Assembly (NCBI GenBank): GCA_031256725.1
Contig: JAIRQE010000021.1
Coordinates: forward strand, 120,001 to 152,000
Direction: 5' to 3'
Length of the DNA stretch: 32,000 nucleotides
Source of the DNA: Propionibacteriaceae bacterium
Lineage (GTDB): Bacteria; Actinomycetota; Actinomycetes; Propionibacteriales; Propionibacteriaceae
Position numbers and translations under genes: made by a program. Positions 16,474 through 23,910 of the stretch are shown piece by piece; the first letter of the stretch is position 1; each line of letters opens with the position of its first letter. A model generated the notes under the pieces. That model did not search any database and was not told the origin of the DNA. It was given only the letters and a program-made list of their open reading frames with translations.

Positions 16474-18021
16474 CTACCGGCCAGAACGGGAGAGTTCCCG
16501 CAACCGGTAATAGGAATCGCGGTACTGCTCCATGTAGGGTTTGTACTGGTCGCAGGCACCCTCACGAGGTTCGACGAGTCTTTCGATACTGGTCATCTTC
16601 GCGGCTCCGGTCGCCACATCCGGGTGAATCCCAGCAGCAACTGAGGCGAGGATGGCGGAACCAAGGGTCCCGGATTCGCCCACCTTCGGAATGGCTATTG
16701 CATGGTTTGACACGTCGGCATGGGTCTGAATCCACAGTGGGCTTTTCAGTGCACCACCGCAGGCAACGATCTCGTGGATGGTATGTCCTGAGTCACGCAG
16801 TGCCTCAAAGATCGACTCTGTACCAAAGCACACAGCTTCAACCACGGCGCGGTATAAATGCGGAGCCCCATGTGCCAAGGTGAGTCCCCAGATTGCACCA
16901 CGAGACTCGGAGTCCACATGGGGGGTACGACTTCCCTGCCAGTGTTCAAGAACATGGACCCCATCAGCCCCTGGTGGAAGGCGGGCCGCTTCAGTTTCTA
17001 AACGGTGATAGATAGCCTGGTTTTCAGCATCACTTCGCATAGTGGAACCCGAGATGAGGTCACGTACCCATCGAAGAACCGATCCTGATGAGGGTTGCCC
17101 ACCCTCGACCGTATATTGTCCAGGCATGACCGCATCCGTGTAGGCCCCAAAAAGCCCACCACCATAGCTCGGAGTATCGGATTGGAGGATCTGGAGATGG
17201 GAGTTTCCTGTGATCAATGCTACCGACCCTGGCCGAATCGCATTCATGCCGATCTGGGCAACGAAGGCATCCGCTCCACCGACACCAACAGGAGTACCAG
17301 CTTCCAATCCAAGTTCTGCGGCAGCCTCAGGACATAGACCTTCACCCAGTGGAGTACCCATGTCAAGTACAGTTGAGGGCAGTTTCTCGACTAGGTCATC
17401 AAGACCGATCTGCTCGAAGAGGGATACTGGCCAGCCACCCTCATTTCGGTCATAGAAGCCTCGGATGGCGGCAGTGTTAATACTTGCTGTCCAGGTACCA
17501 GTGAGTTTGAAACCGAACCAGTCTGTGTACTCACAGACAACAGGAGAATTAGCGAAGGTCTGGAGGTCATTGTCGTGTACCCATAGTGCCTTGCAGGGCA
17601 ACCACTCAGCTGAGACTGCGCCGAATCCGGTGTACTTCAAACTTGGATGGGCTGTGGCAGCGATCTGCTTGGCTTGTGTACTAGAGCGAATATCCATCCA
17701 CAGTAGGGCGGGCCGTGCAGGGGTGCCATCATTGTCACAGAAAACCACTGTGCTACTAGTACATGCACATGAGATGCCAGCGATGTCGTGGCCAGTGATC
17801 TCCAGTTCAGTGAGTACCTGGCGGACGCAGGACACGAGTGCATTCCACCAATCATTGGGGTTTCCTTCAGCCCAGCCGGGGTGGGGATGTTGTGTGGGGT
17901 GGGCGGCGCGTGCCAGACCCACAAGCTCACCTTCAGGGGTGAAGACTGCGGCCCGAACCGCTTCGGTACCACCATCGATGCCAAGCAGGAATGGTCCAGT
18001 GCTCTGATTCTTGATTCCCAT
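16474..18021 (-). CDS. FGGY-family carbohydrate kinase (pentulose/ribulokinase-like)
   Basis: 515 aa. The N-terminal phosphate-1 motif is LLGIDGGTEAVRAAVF, followed by PGWAEGNPNDWW. The C-terminal domain has ACGGALKSPLWIQTHADV (the FGGY GGxxxS/N.W motif). It is not GlpK-like, since the DQGTTSSR motif is absent. Confidence 0.85.
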   Translation of the reverse strand: MGIKNQSTGPFLLGIDGGTEAVRAAVFTPEGELVGLARAAHPTQHPHPGWAEGNPNDWWNALVSCVRQVLTELEITGHDIAGISCACTSSTVVFCDNDGTPARPALLWMDIRSSTQAKQIAATAHPSLKYTGFGAVSAEWLPCKALWVHDNDLQTFANSPVVCEYTDWFGFKLTGTWTASINTAAIRGFYDRNEGGWPVSLFEQIGLDDLVEKLPSTVLDMGTPLGEGLCPEAAAELGLEAGTPVGVGGADAFVAQIGMNAIRPGSVALITGNSHLQILQSDTPSYGGGLFGAYTDAVMPGQYTVEGGQPSSGSVLRWVRDLISGSTMRSDAENQAIYHRLETEAARLPPGADGVHVLEHWQGSRTPHVDSESRGAIWGLTLAHGAPHLYRAVVEAVCFGTESIFEALRDSGHTIHEIVACGGALKSPLWIQTHADVSNHAIAIPKVGESGTLGSAILASVAAGIHPDVATGAAKMTSIERLVEPREGACDQYKPYMEQYRDSYYRLRELSRSGR

Positions 18022-18034
18022 GGGGTGCCTTTCT

Positions 18035-19534
18035 TTAGTCCAATTCCTGGGCGGATGTCATGATCTGCCAGACGGGAGTCATGGCCAACATCACTGCATC
18101 AAAGGTGGCTGCTTGCTTCTGATAGAAATCTGAATGGGGGCCTGGTTCGAAGACATCAATGTGGTCCCCATCGAACCATCCTGAATCGCTTTGCCCAACA
18201 GCCCTGGCAACCAAGGATGCCACCCCTAGCGCGCCAAGTTCGCGATCCAGGTGTCGGTGCAACCTCTGTCGAATGATGTCCGCGAAGATCTGAGCCCATA
18301 GTGTTGACTTCATGCCCCCGCCAGCGAGTTGCCAGGCCTGGTCGGGTGCCACGAGTCCGGTTGCCACAACTCGTTCCAACTGGACTCGATGATAGTGAGC
18401 CACCCCCTCAAGGACAGCGCGTACAAGATGTCCACGGGTGTGGAAGGAGGAAGCGCCCACAAAGGTACCCGAGGCTGGCTCAGTGGTCCCAGACCCGTTC
18501 ACAAAGGGCAAGAAAATCAGGCCATCTGCTCCAGGTGGTACCTTGTCAGCTTCGGCTAGGAGAGTTGAGATTGTCTGGGGTTCTTCGGGTGTACCTAGGG
18601 CCCCACATAACCAATCAATATTGGTTACTGAGGCAGGGGAAACCTCCATGCACAGCATCTGGGTGGGGTCTGGGAGTAGGGCAACCATACCGACGGCAGG
18701 TGGGGGGCCTGAAGGACCAATCACTGCATTGATCGCCCAGGTACCCGCAATGACGGTGACCTCGCCAGGGTTTCGTGTGCCTGTACCAAGTGCGGAAGCT
18801 ATGCAATCCATACACCCAGCGATGACTGGAAGCCCCTCAGGTAATCCAGTGAACTCAGCCACTGTAGTGAGTACACCACCTACTAGATCCCCAGACGGGT
18901 GCAGGGATGGTACGAAATCTTGGGCATCAACCAGCCCAAAAGCCTCGAAAGGTATCCTGCTCAGTTTGCGTGAGCGAAGGTTAAGAATTCCACAGGCACT
19001 GGCATCCGAATAGTCGGTACTTGCAACACCAGTTAGGCTGGCAAGGATCCAGTCCTTGCAGCACAGGACCCAGCGGATGCGAGAGTACACCTCCGGCTGC
19101 TCATCACGAATCCAGCGAAGTAGGGGGAGTGGCTGGGCGGCCCAAGGCCTTGATCCGGTGGCCTCATGGATTTCTTTTTGGAGATCCTCAGGAATCCTGC
19201 TGGCATATCCGAGGGCGCGCCCATCTGAGGAAGCGATTCCGGGGGCAACGGGTACAAGGTTCTCATCAACGAGGTACAATCCATTCCCATGGCCTGTGAC
19301 ACCCAGTCCAGCGATCTGGTAACCCAAAGAGCCAACCTTAGTAACCACATCACGCAGAATCAACAGGACTCTGTGTGCCAACTCCTCCATGTCGACTTCA
19401 TGGATCAGGGAGGAGACGATGGATCGTGGAGTGGCCAACCCACAACTGGTGAGTTGGTGACCATTGCTATCGAAGGCTGAAGCCTTGATCCGCGAAAGCC
19501 CGAGATCAATCCCGATATAACACAGGTCAGTCAT
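18035..19534 (-). CDS. FGGY-family carbohydrate kinase (second, divergent; LyxK/xylulokinase-like)
   Basis: ATG 19534 overlaps the upstream TGA by 1 nt, with GGAGG 6 nt upstream. Motifs: YIGIDLGLSRIKASAF, VIAGTWAIN and LAGGGMKSTLWAQIFADI. Confidence 0.8.
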   Translation of the reverse strand: MTDLCYIGIDLGLSRIKASAFDSNGHQLTSCGLATPRSIVSSLIHEVDMEELAHRVLLILRDVVTKVGSLGYQIAGLGVTGHGNGLYLVDENLVPVAPGIASSDGRALGYASRIPEDLQKEIHEATGSRPWAAQPLPLLRWIRDEQPEVYSRIRWVLCCKDWILASLTGVASTDYSDASACGILNLRSRKLSRIPFEAFGLVDAQDFVPSLHPSGDLVGGVLTTVAEFTGLPEGLPVIAGCMDCIASALGTGTRNPGEVTVIAGTWAINAVIGPSGPPPAVGMVALLPDPTQMLCMEVSPASVTNIDWLCGALGTPEEPQTISTLLAEADKVPPGADGLIFLPFVNGSGTTEPASGTFVGASSFHTRGHLVRAVLEGVAHYHRVQLERVVATGLVAPDQAWQLAGGGMKSTLWAQIFADIIRQRLHRHLDRELGALGVASLVARAVGQSDSGWFDGDHIDVFEPGPHSDFYQKQAATFDAVMLAMTPVWQIMTSAQELD

Positions 19535-21141
19535 CACTCACCTCCTGGATCCTTAGGTTCATCGCTGGAAGAATCTGGCAGGCCATGTACCAGGGCAACC
19601 TCATTGCGGAAGGCCTGTACCTCGTGGTCAACGTGTGTGGAATCCCAGCCTAGGAGTGCAGCCATCGTTGTGGCTGCCAGATTGATGATCCGATCCTTGG
19701 GGGTTGCACCCAGTCTGTGCGGGATGCGACGCAACATGAGATCAGCCAGGGTTGTGGTGTTTTCTTCTTGAACGGCCAGGGTGACTTCAGCGGCGAGTAC
19801 CTGATCGTCCGGGTCTTTCAATATCGAGATGGGTGTGGTGGGCAACAGGTCAAGTACCCTTTGTGCGCGAATGCCATAGATGTGCAGAAGCTGGGTAGTA
19901 ACCTCGGCTGACAAGGGGGAATCGTTTAGGAACTGACGCTTGTACTCATTCCAGTCGGCGGAGTTTGCACCAGGGAGGCAACGTTGCCGAGTAGGGCTGG
20001 GATGCTTGGGAAGGCCAAGGATGGTACGAGCTTTGGCCACGGTATCCTCTCCAAGGGCACGTTGGGTGGTGAGTTTGCCACCAATAATCGTGACCAATCC
20101 GGGATAGGTGGGCCCATGGTCAAGGATCGAGTGGTCTCGGCTGATCGTGGAGTTCCTGGAAACATCTCCAACATAAGGCAGGGGGCGAACGCCTGAATAG
20201 GCGTAAAGGACGTTGTCGGTCGACAGTTTTGCGTCCGGGAAGACTCGATTGGCCTCAGCGAGGAGGTAGGTGATCTCATTGGAGTCTATGCGGACCTCGT
20301 CAAGATCTCCGTCATAGGTGATATCCGTACTTCCGAGGATGTACCACCCATTCCAGGGCAAAACGAAAACAGGTCGACCATCTTGGGCTGCCTCAAAGAA
20401 GAGTCCAATGGTGGGGGCTCCCTCAAAGGGAGCGAGAACGAGGTGACTGCCTTTGGTACCTCCGCTGAGTCTGGGGGATTCGATCTTTCCTGTGAGAAAC
20501 TCATCAATCCATGGGCCAGTGACGTTGATGGTGAGTGTGGCTTCCAGGTTGCAGGTGGTTCCCGTAGTATCCACATAGGTGACTCCCCTCACACGATTTC
20601 CTTTGGTGAGGAAGCCGGTCACTTCGGTGTGGGTGAGGATCTGTGCCCCCATGCTTTGGGCATCCAGCATGAGTTCTACACATAAACGCTGGGGCCATAC
20701 GATTTGGGCATCGTGGAATATCACTCCGCCACGTAGTCCCCGTGTTGCGATCCCTGGTACCGCGGTGGTGATCTTTCTCACCGACATCCCATTGCTACGA
20801 TGGGTACGCGACATGACATCATGGAGAAGAGCCCCGCAGCGAATGAGAGCTCCTGGCCGACGTGATCCTTTGAAAAATGGAACAAGCATGGGGTATTCGA
20901 TGGTGAGATGGGGTGCATCCCTCATGAGTCGCCGCTTTTCATTGATGGACTCTTGGACTAGGGAAAACTCCAGATTTTCGAGGTACTTGATTCCGCAATG
21001 AATGAGATGGCTTGAGGCACTAGTAACCCCACTGGCGATGTCATTGCGTTCTAAAAGAACCACATCTAGACCATGGCTGGCTGCTTCGCGCGCAATGGCG
21101 AGTCCGTTTACTCCGCCTCCAATGATGGCAATGTCAACCAT
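19534..21141 (-). CDS. FAD-dependent glycerol-3-phosphate dehydrogenase-like oxidoreductase (GlpD/EryB family)
   Basis: ATG 21141 (MVDIAIIGGGVNG) has GGAGG 5 nt upstream; the ORF-track start at GTG 21168 has none. From memory it is collinear with GlpD: GVTSASSHLIHCGIKYLE, NVTGPW, KGSH, GSTD, YSGVRPL and GGKLTTQR, plus the C-terminal helical domain. Confidence 0.85.
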   Translation of the reverse strand: MVDIAIIGGGVNGLAIAREAASHGLDVVLLERNDIASGVTSASSHLIHCGIKYLENLEFSLVQESINEKRRLMRDAPHLTIEYPMLVPFFKGSRRPGALIRCGALLHDVMSRTHRSNGMSVRKITTAVPGIATRGLRGGVIFHDAQIVWPQRLCVELMLDAQSMGAQILTHTEVTGFLTKGNRVRGVTYVDTTGTTCNLEATLTINVTGPWIDEFLTGKIESPRLSGGTKGSHLVLAPFEGAPTIGLFFEAAQDGRPVFVLPWNGWYILGSTDITYDGDLDEVRIDSNEITYLLAEANRVFPDAKLSTDNVLYAYSGVRPLPYVGDVSRNSTISRDHSILDHGPTYPGLVTIIGGKLTTQRALGEDTVAKARTILGLPKHPSPTRQRCLPGANSADWNEYKRQFLNDSPLSAEVTTQLLHIYGIRAQRVLDLLPTTPISILKDPDDQVLAAEVTLAVQEENTTTLADLMLRRIPHRLGATPKDRIINLAATTMAALLGWDSTHVDHEVQAFRNEVALVHGLPDSSSDEPKDPGGE

Positions 21142-21218
21142 TAAAGCCTCCACGTCCTTGTTCGGCACCTTGACTAGGCAGGGGACCGAACCTCAGTACC
21201 CGTGATCTATCCCGATCA

Positions 21219-21270
21219 ACCTGTCATTACAGGTACGGGAAGAGTACCACCCCTGATTTCACCACGTCAA
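21219..21270 (-). promoter_or_regulatory. Candidate promoter of the leftward operon with an ACCTGT-N4-ACAGGT operator
   Basis: On the minus strand: TTGACG (plus-strand coordinates 21265-21270), 18 nt, TACTCT (21241-21246), 6 nt, then the palindrome ACCTGTcattACAGGT (21219-21234). Confidence 0.55.
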
Positions 21271-21363
21271 GGAAGAACTCTCTTTTCTGTGAGTTGAGTC
21301 ATTCTTCGTCGGATAGATTGAGATCATGCATCATGAGTGTGGTCATTGAATACAAAAGAACAC

Positions 21364-21414
21364 TTGACCTCCTGGCCTATCACGACTAGTATACTACCAC
21401 CTGTTACTACAGGT
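21364..21414 (+). promoter_or_regulatory. Candidate promoter of the rightward cupin-TRAP operon with two operators
   Basis: TTGACC (21364-21369), 17 nt, then TAGTAT (21387-21392). The -10 box is part of the 10-bp perfect palindrome TAGTATACTA (21387-21396). Six nt after the -10 comes ACCTGTtactACAGGT (21399-21414). An AGGAGAG RBS precedes ATG 21459. Confidence 0.65.
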
Positions 21415-21458
21415 TAACTGTAGATGACTGCAACACAACTCAAAGGAGAGCGGAGAAT

Positions 21459-21911
21459 ATGACACAATCAGACGCCGTATGGCAGGCAGATGAAGGTTTT
21501 GATTCAGAAAAAGGCTGGGACCCCACGTATTTCGTCGAGCCAGATGAAATGGGAGTACCAACCAAACCTGGTCGTTTTACTAGTGTCCATGAGGTAAAGT
21601 CCTTCATGCCCGTTGAAGGGGCGGTTTTCCATCCCATCCTCGGTGAAGACATGTTGCTGAACTACATCGTCAGTGAACCGAATTCGCCCTTGACGATTCA
21701 CGCACATGCTGAAGAGCAGATCTTCATCTGTCTCGAAGGCGAGATCGAATTCGTTGTAGGCGATGAGAAGCGCATGCTGAAGGCAGGCGATGTAGCTGTG
21801 ATACCACCGTGGGTGCCGCATGGAGGCGGAACTCGCGACAAGGGAATGATCGGCATTGACGTTTTCTCTCCACCAAGAAAGCAACTCAAGGAATTCGTGG
21901 AGAGCGAATGA
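21459..21911 (+). CDS. Cupin-domain protein (paralogue of 14133..14549)
   Basis: 150 aa. Cupin motifs are IHAHAEEQIFICLEGE and AGDVAVIPPWVPHGG. It is the first gene of the rightward operon. Confidence 0.85.
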   Translation: MTQSDAVWQADEGFDSEKGWDPTYFVEPDEMGVPTKPGRFTSVHEVKSFMPVEGAVFHPILGEDMLLNYIVSEPNSPLTIHAHAEEQIFICLEGEIEFVVGDEKRMLKAGDVAVIPPWVPHGGGTRDKGMIGIDVFSPPRKQLKEFVESE

Positions 21912-21955
21912 ACGCATAGTTCTGGTGATCCTCAGTGGCCACCAGTAACTCCAAT

Positions 21956-21976
21956 GCATGGTGCGTAGCACCATGC
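21956..21976 (+). other. Perfect 9-bp stem / 3-nt loop hairpin between cupin 2 and dctP
   Basis: gcatggtgc-gta-gcaccatgc. No adjacent U-tract. It could be an attenuator, a processing site or an mRNA-stability element. Confidence 0.5.
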
Positions 21977-22030
21977 GAACTAGAATAAGAAATACTCTTT
22001 ATAGAAGCTGTCAAATAACAAGGATGAATT

Positions 22031-23122
22031 ATGACAACTGGAAAAAACCAATTCGGTTCGAAGAAGAAGGTTCTTCGTGCCCTTATTGCTACCGTTGGCT
22101 GTGCAGCACTAGCCATGGGTGGCTACGGCTGTACTCAGGCTCAACCAGATCCTGACGAAGTCAAAGTTATCGAGATCAAGGTCTCACATAACCAAAGCGA
22201 AACCCACTACCAGACCAAGTGGCTCGAAGAAGTGGCAAAGCGTGTGGAAGAGAAGACCAATGGTCAAGTTAAGCTCACGATCTACTCCAGCTCCCAGCTG
22301 GGTACCATCGAGGATCTCATTGATCAAGCCCTCGCAGGTTCTGATGTGATGACCCTTCACAACTGGGCACAGGCAGCCACCTTGGGTGGAGTACCAAACA
22401 TTGCTGCCATCTCAGCGATGTACACCTTCACTGCTCCTGAAGGTCAGAGTGGTCCTGGAGCCATCTATCCGCTCATTCAGAAGCTTCTAGACTCTGATTT
22501 GTTCGCTGGTTGGAAGGCCGAACTCGCAGACAATGGGTTCATCCTTGTTACCGCTAACTGGTACATGGGCGAGCGCCATATCTACACCGACAATCCCAAT
22601 GGGCATCCAACTCCTGAGGATCTCAAGGGAATCGCACTTCGTGTACCTGGTGGTGTGACATGGCAGGCGTACTTCAAAGAGACTCCAGCCACTATCGTGA
22701 CCATGGATGGCTCGGAAGTTTATACCGCAATGCAGCAGGGTACCCTCAACGGTGCTGAAGGTCCCTTCGCGCAGACCCTTGGCTGGTCGCTGCATGAGTT
22801 GACGAAGTCAGTAACACTGACCGGACATGGTAATGACACCCAGGGCTTCATGCTCGGTGAGAAGACATGGAACAAGCTGTCTGAAGAGCAGCAGAAGATC
22901 CTCGTTGAAGCCTTCGTATGGGGCGGCGATGAGTACACCAAGGAAACCATTGCCAATGTTGAGGCTGACCAGAAGAAGTTTGAGGACCTAGGTATCCCGA
23001 TCTACGAAGCAGATCGTGACGCTTATCGTGCTTTGTCTGACTTGGCCTATACATCAGCAGCTTTCCCTGAGTGGGATCCGGACGTTCGTCAACAGATCCG
23101 CGAAGTTACAGGTCAGAGCTGA
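22031..23122 (+). CDS. dctP: TRAP transporter substrate-binding protein (DctP family), probably lipid-anchored or secreted
   Basis: 363 aa. AAGGA RBS upstream. The signal peptide ends in a lipobox-like AMGGYGC. DctP-type pattern: IKVSHNQSETHYQ.., GQVKLTIYSSSQLG, then NWYMGERHIYT and DLKGIALRVPGG. The Arg in GERH sits where DctP-family proteins carry the carboxylate-binding Arg (from memory). Confidence 0.85.
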   Translation: MTTGKNQFGSKKKVLRALIATVGCAALAMGGYGCTQAQPDPDEVKVIEIKVSHNQSETHYQTKWLEEVAKRVEEKTNGQVKLTIYSSSQLGTIEDLIDQALAGSDVMTLHNWAQAATLGGVPNIAAISAMYTFTAPEGQSGPGAIYPLIQKLLDSDLFAGWKAELADNGFILVTANWYMGERHIYTDNPNGHPTPEDLKGIALRVPGGVTWQAYFKETPATIVTMDGSEVYTAMQQGTLNGAEGPFAQTLGWSLHELTKSVTLTGHGNDTQGFMLGEKTWNKLSEEQQKILVEAFVWGGDEYTKETIANVEADQKKFEDLGIPIYEADRDAYRALSDLAYTSAAFPEWDPDVRQQIREVTGQS

Positions 23123-23171
23123 TGACATGTGCGCCTTGATCTTGAGTGGTCGGGGCGTGCAGTCCACCTCC

Positions 23172-23301
23172 GCTGCCGCCGCCGCATCAAGGGTTGTACT
23201 ACAACCCAGATACTGAATAAGTTGGGATTCAGTGAGGCATACTGAATTGTTTCGAAGGACAGGAAATGCAACGATCAGAATCTGATGCGGCGGCGGGCAG
23301 C
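23172..23301 (+). other. Structured dctP-dctQ intercistronic RNA: a long-range 18-bp stem enclosing the dctQ RBS and start, with internal alternative hairpins
   Basis: gctgccgccgccgcatca (23172-23189) pairs with tgatgcggcggcgggcagc (23283-23301), with one bulged G. Inside the loop are gggttgt-act-acaaccc (23191-23207) and ACTGAAT (23212-18) / ATTCAGT (23227-33) / ACTGAAT (23241-47). Confidence 0.5.
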
Positions 23302-23910
23302 ATTAAAAAATCGCCCGCCAGACGAATACTAGACATCTTTTTCAGTCTCCCAGCGAATTTCGCAGCCATACTCCTGTGTGGTGTGATGGTACTCCTTGCG
23401 ATAGGAGTATTCGCTCGGTACTTCGCCAGGATGAGTCTGACCTATGTTCATGAGATAACCCTCTTATCTGCAGTATGGGTAGCGTTCTTGGGTGCAGCCG
23501 AAGGCATAAGAAATCACTACCACGTACGAATCGATGTTCTCACATCGAAACTGCCGAAACTGGGCCAAATAATCGTCGAAATTGTGGTGACCACGGTTTT
23601 GACTGTCGCCGTGGGAGCCCTGACCTACATGGGGTATAGGGTACTCATCGAGTCATCCTCAATCCTGGAGGGGCTCAATATCTCACGAAAGCCACTGATC
23701 GCAGCAATGCCGGTGGGTTTCACCTTCATGACCTATTTCATGGTCAAGAACGTCTATGAACTTGTCAAGGGTCTGCGTGCCCACTCATATGATCTGCCCA
23801 TCTATGAGCCAGAGGTAGTCGAGGGAGATGAGGACGAGGAAGAAGCCTTCGCCCGTCTCTATGTCGATCCTGACAATGCCGACCCAGAAAAGAAGGAGAT
23901 GGAATCATGA
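23266..23910 (+). CDS. dctQ: TRAP transporter small permease (DctQ family) with an acidic C-terminal extension
   Basis: 214 aa with four hydrophobic helices. Its position between dctP and dctM is typical. The stop overlaps the dctM start (ATGA). The unusual tail is ..YEPEVVEGDEDEEEAFARLYVDPDNADPEKKEMES. Confidence 0.8.
   Translation: MQRSESDAAAGSIKKSPARRILDIFFSLPANFAAILLCGVMVLLAIGVFARYFARMSLTYVHEITLLSAVWVAFLGAAEGIRNHYHVRIDVLTSKLPKLGQIIVEIVVTTVLTVAVGALTYMGYRVLIESSSILEGLNISRKPLIAAMPVGFTFMTYFMVKNVYELVKGLRAHSYDLPIYEPEVVEGDEDEEEAFARLYVDPDNADPEKKEMES

Noticed and set aside
15548-19534. A canonical AI-2 lsr operon (LsrK plus LsrF).
   Set aside because: The window has no lsrACDB ABC importer, no lsrG and no lsrR. 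The regulator here is GntR/HutC type, and the kinases are not obviously LsrK orthologues. Only the LsrF-like enzyme fits.
16474-21141. A glycerol utilisation module (glpK plus glpD).
   Set aside because: Neither FGGY kinase has the GlpK-type N-terminus (DQGTTSSR... is absent). There are two kinases, and no glpF facilitator is present. The dehydrogenase has substitutions in the GlpD signature (GVTSASSHLIHCGIKYLE). A non-glycerol polyol or ketose phosphate is more likely.
21326-21349. A mini-ORF ATG CAT CAT GAG TGT GGT CAT TGA (MHHECGH) in the divergent control region, considered as a possible leader peptide or metal-binding micropeptide.
   Set aside because: It lies upstream of the predicted -35 of the rightward promoter and has no RBS. 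Seven codons is well within chance expectation.
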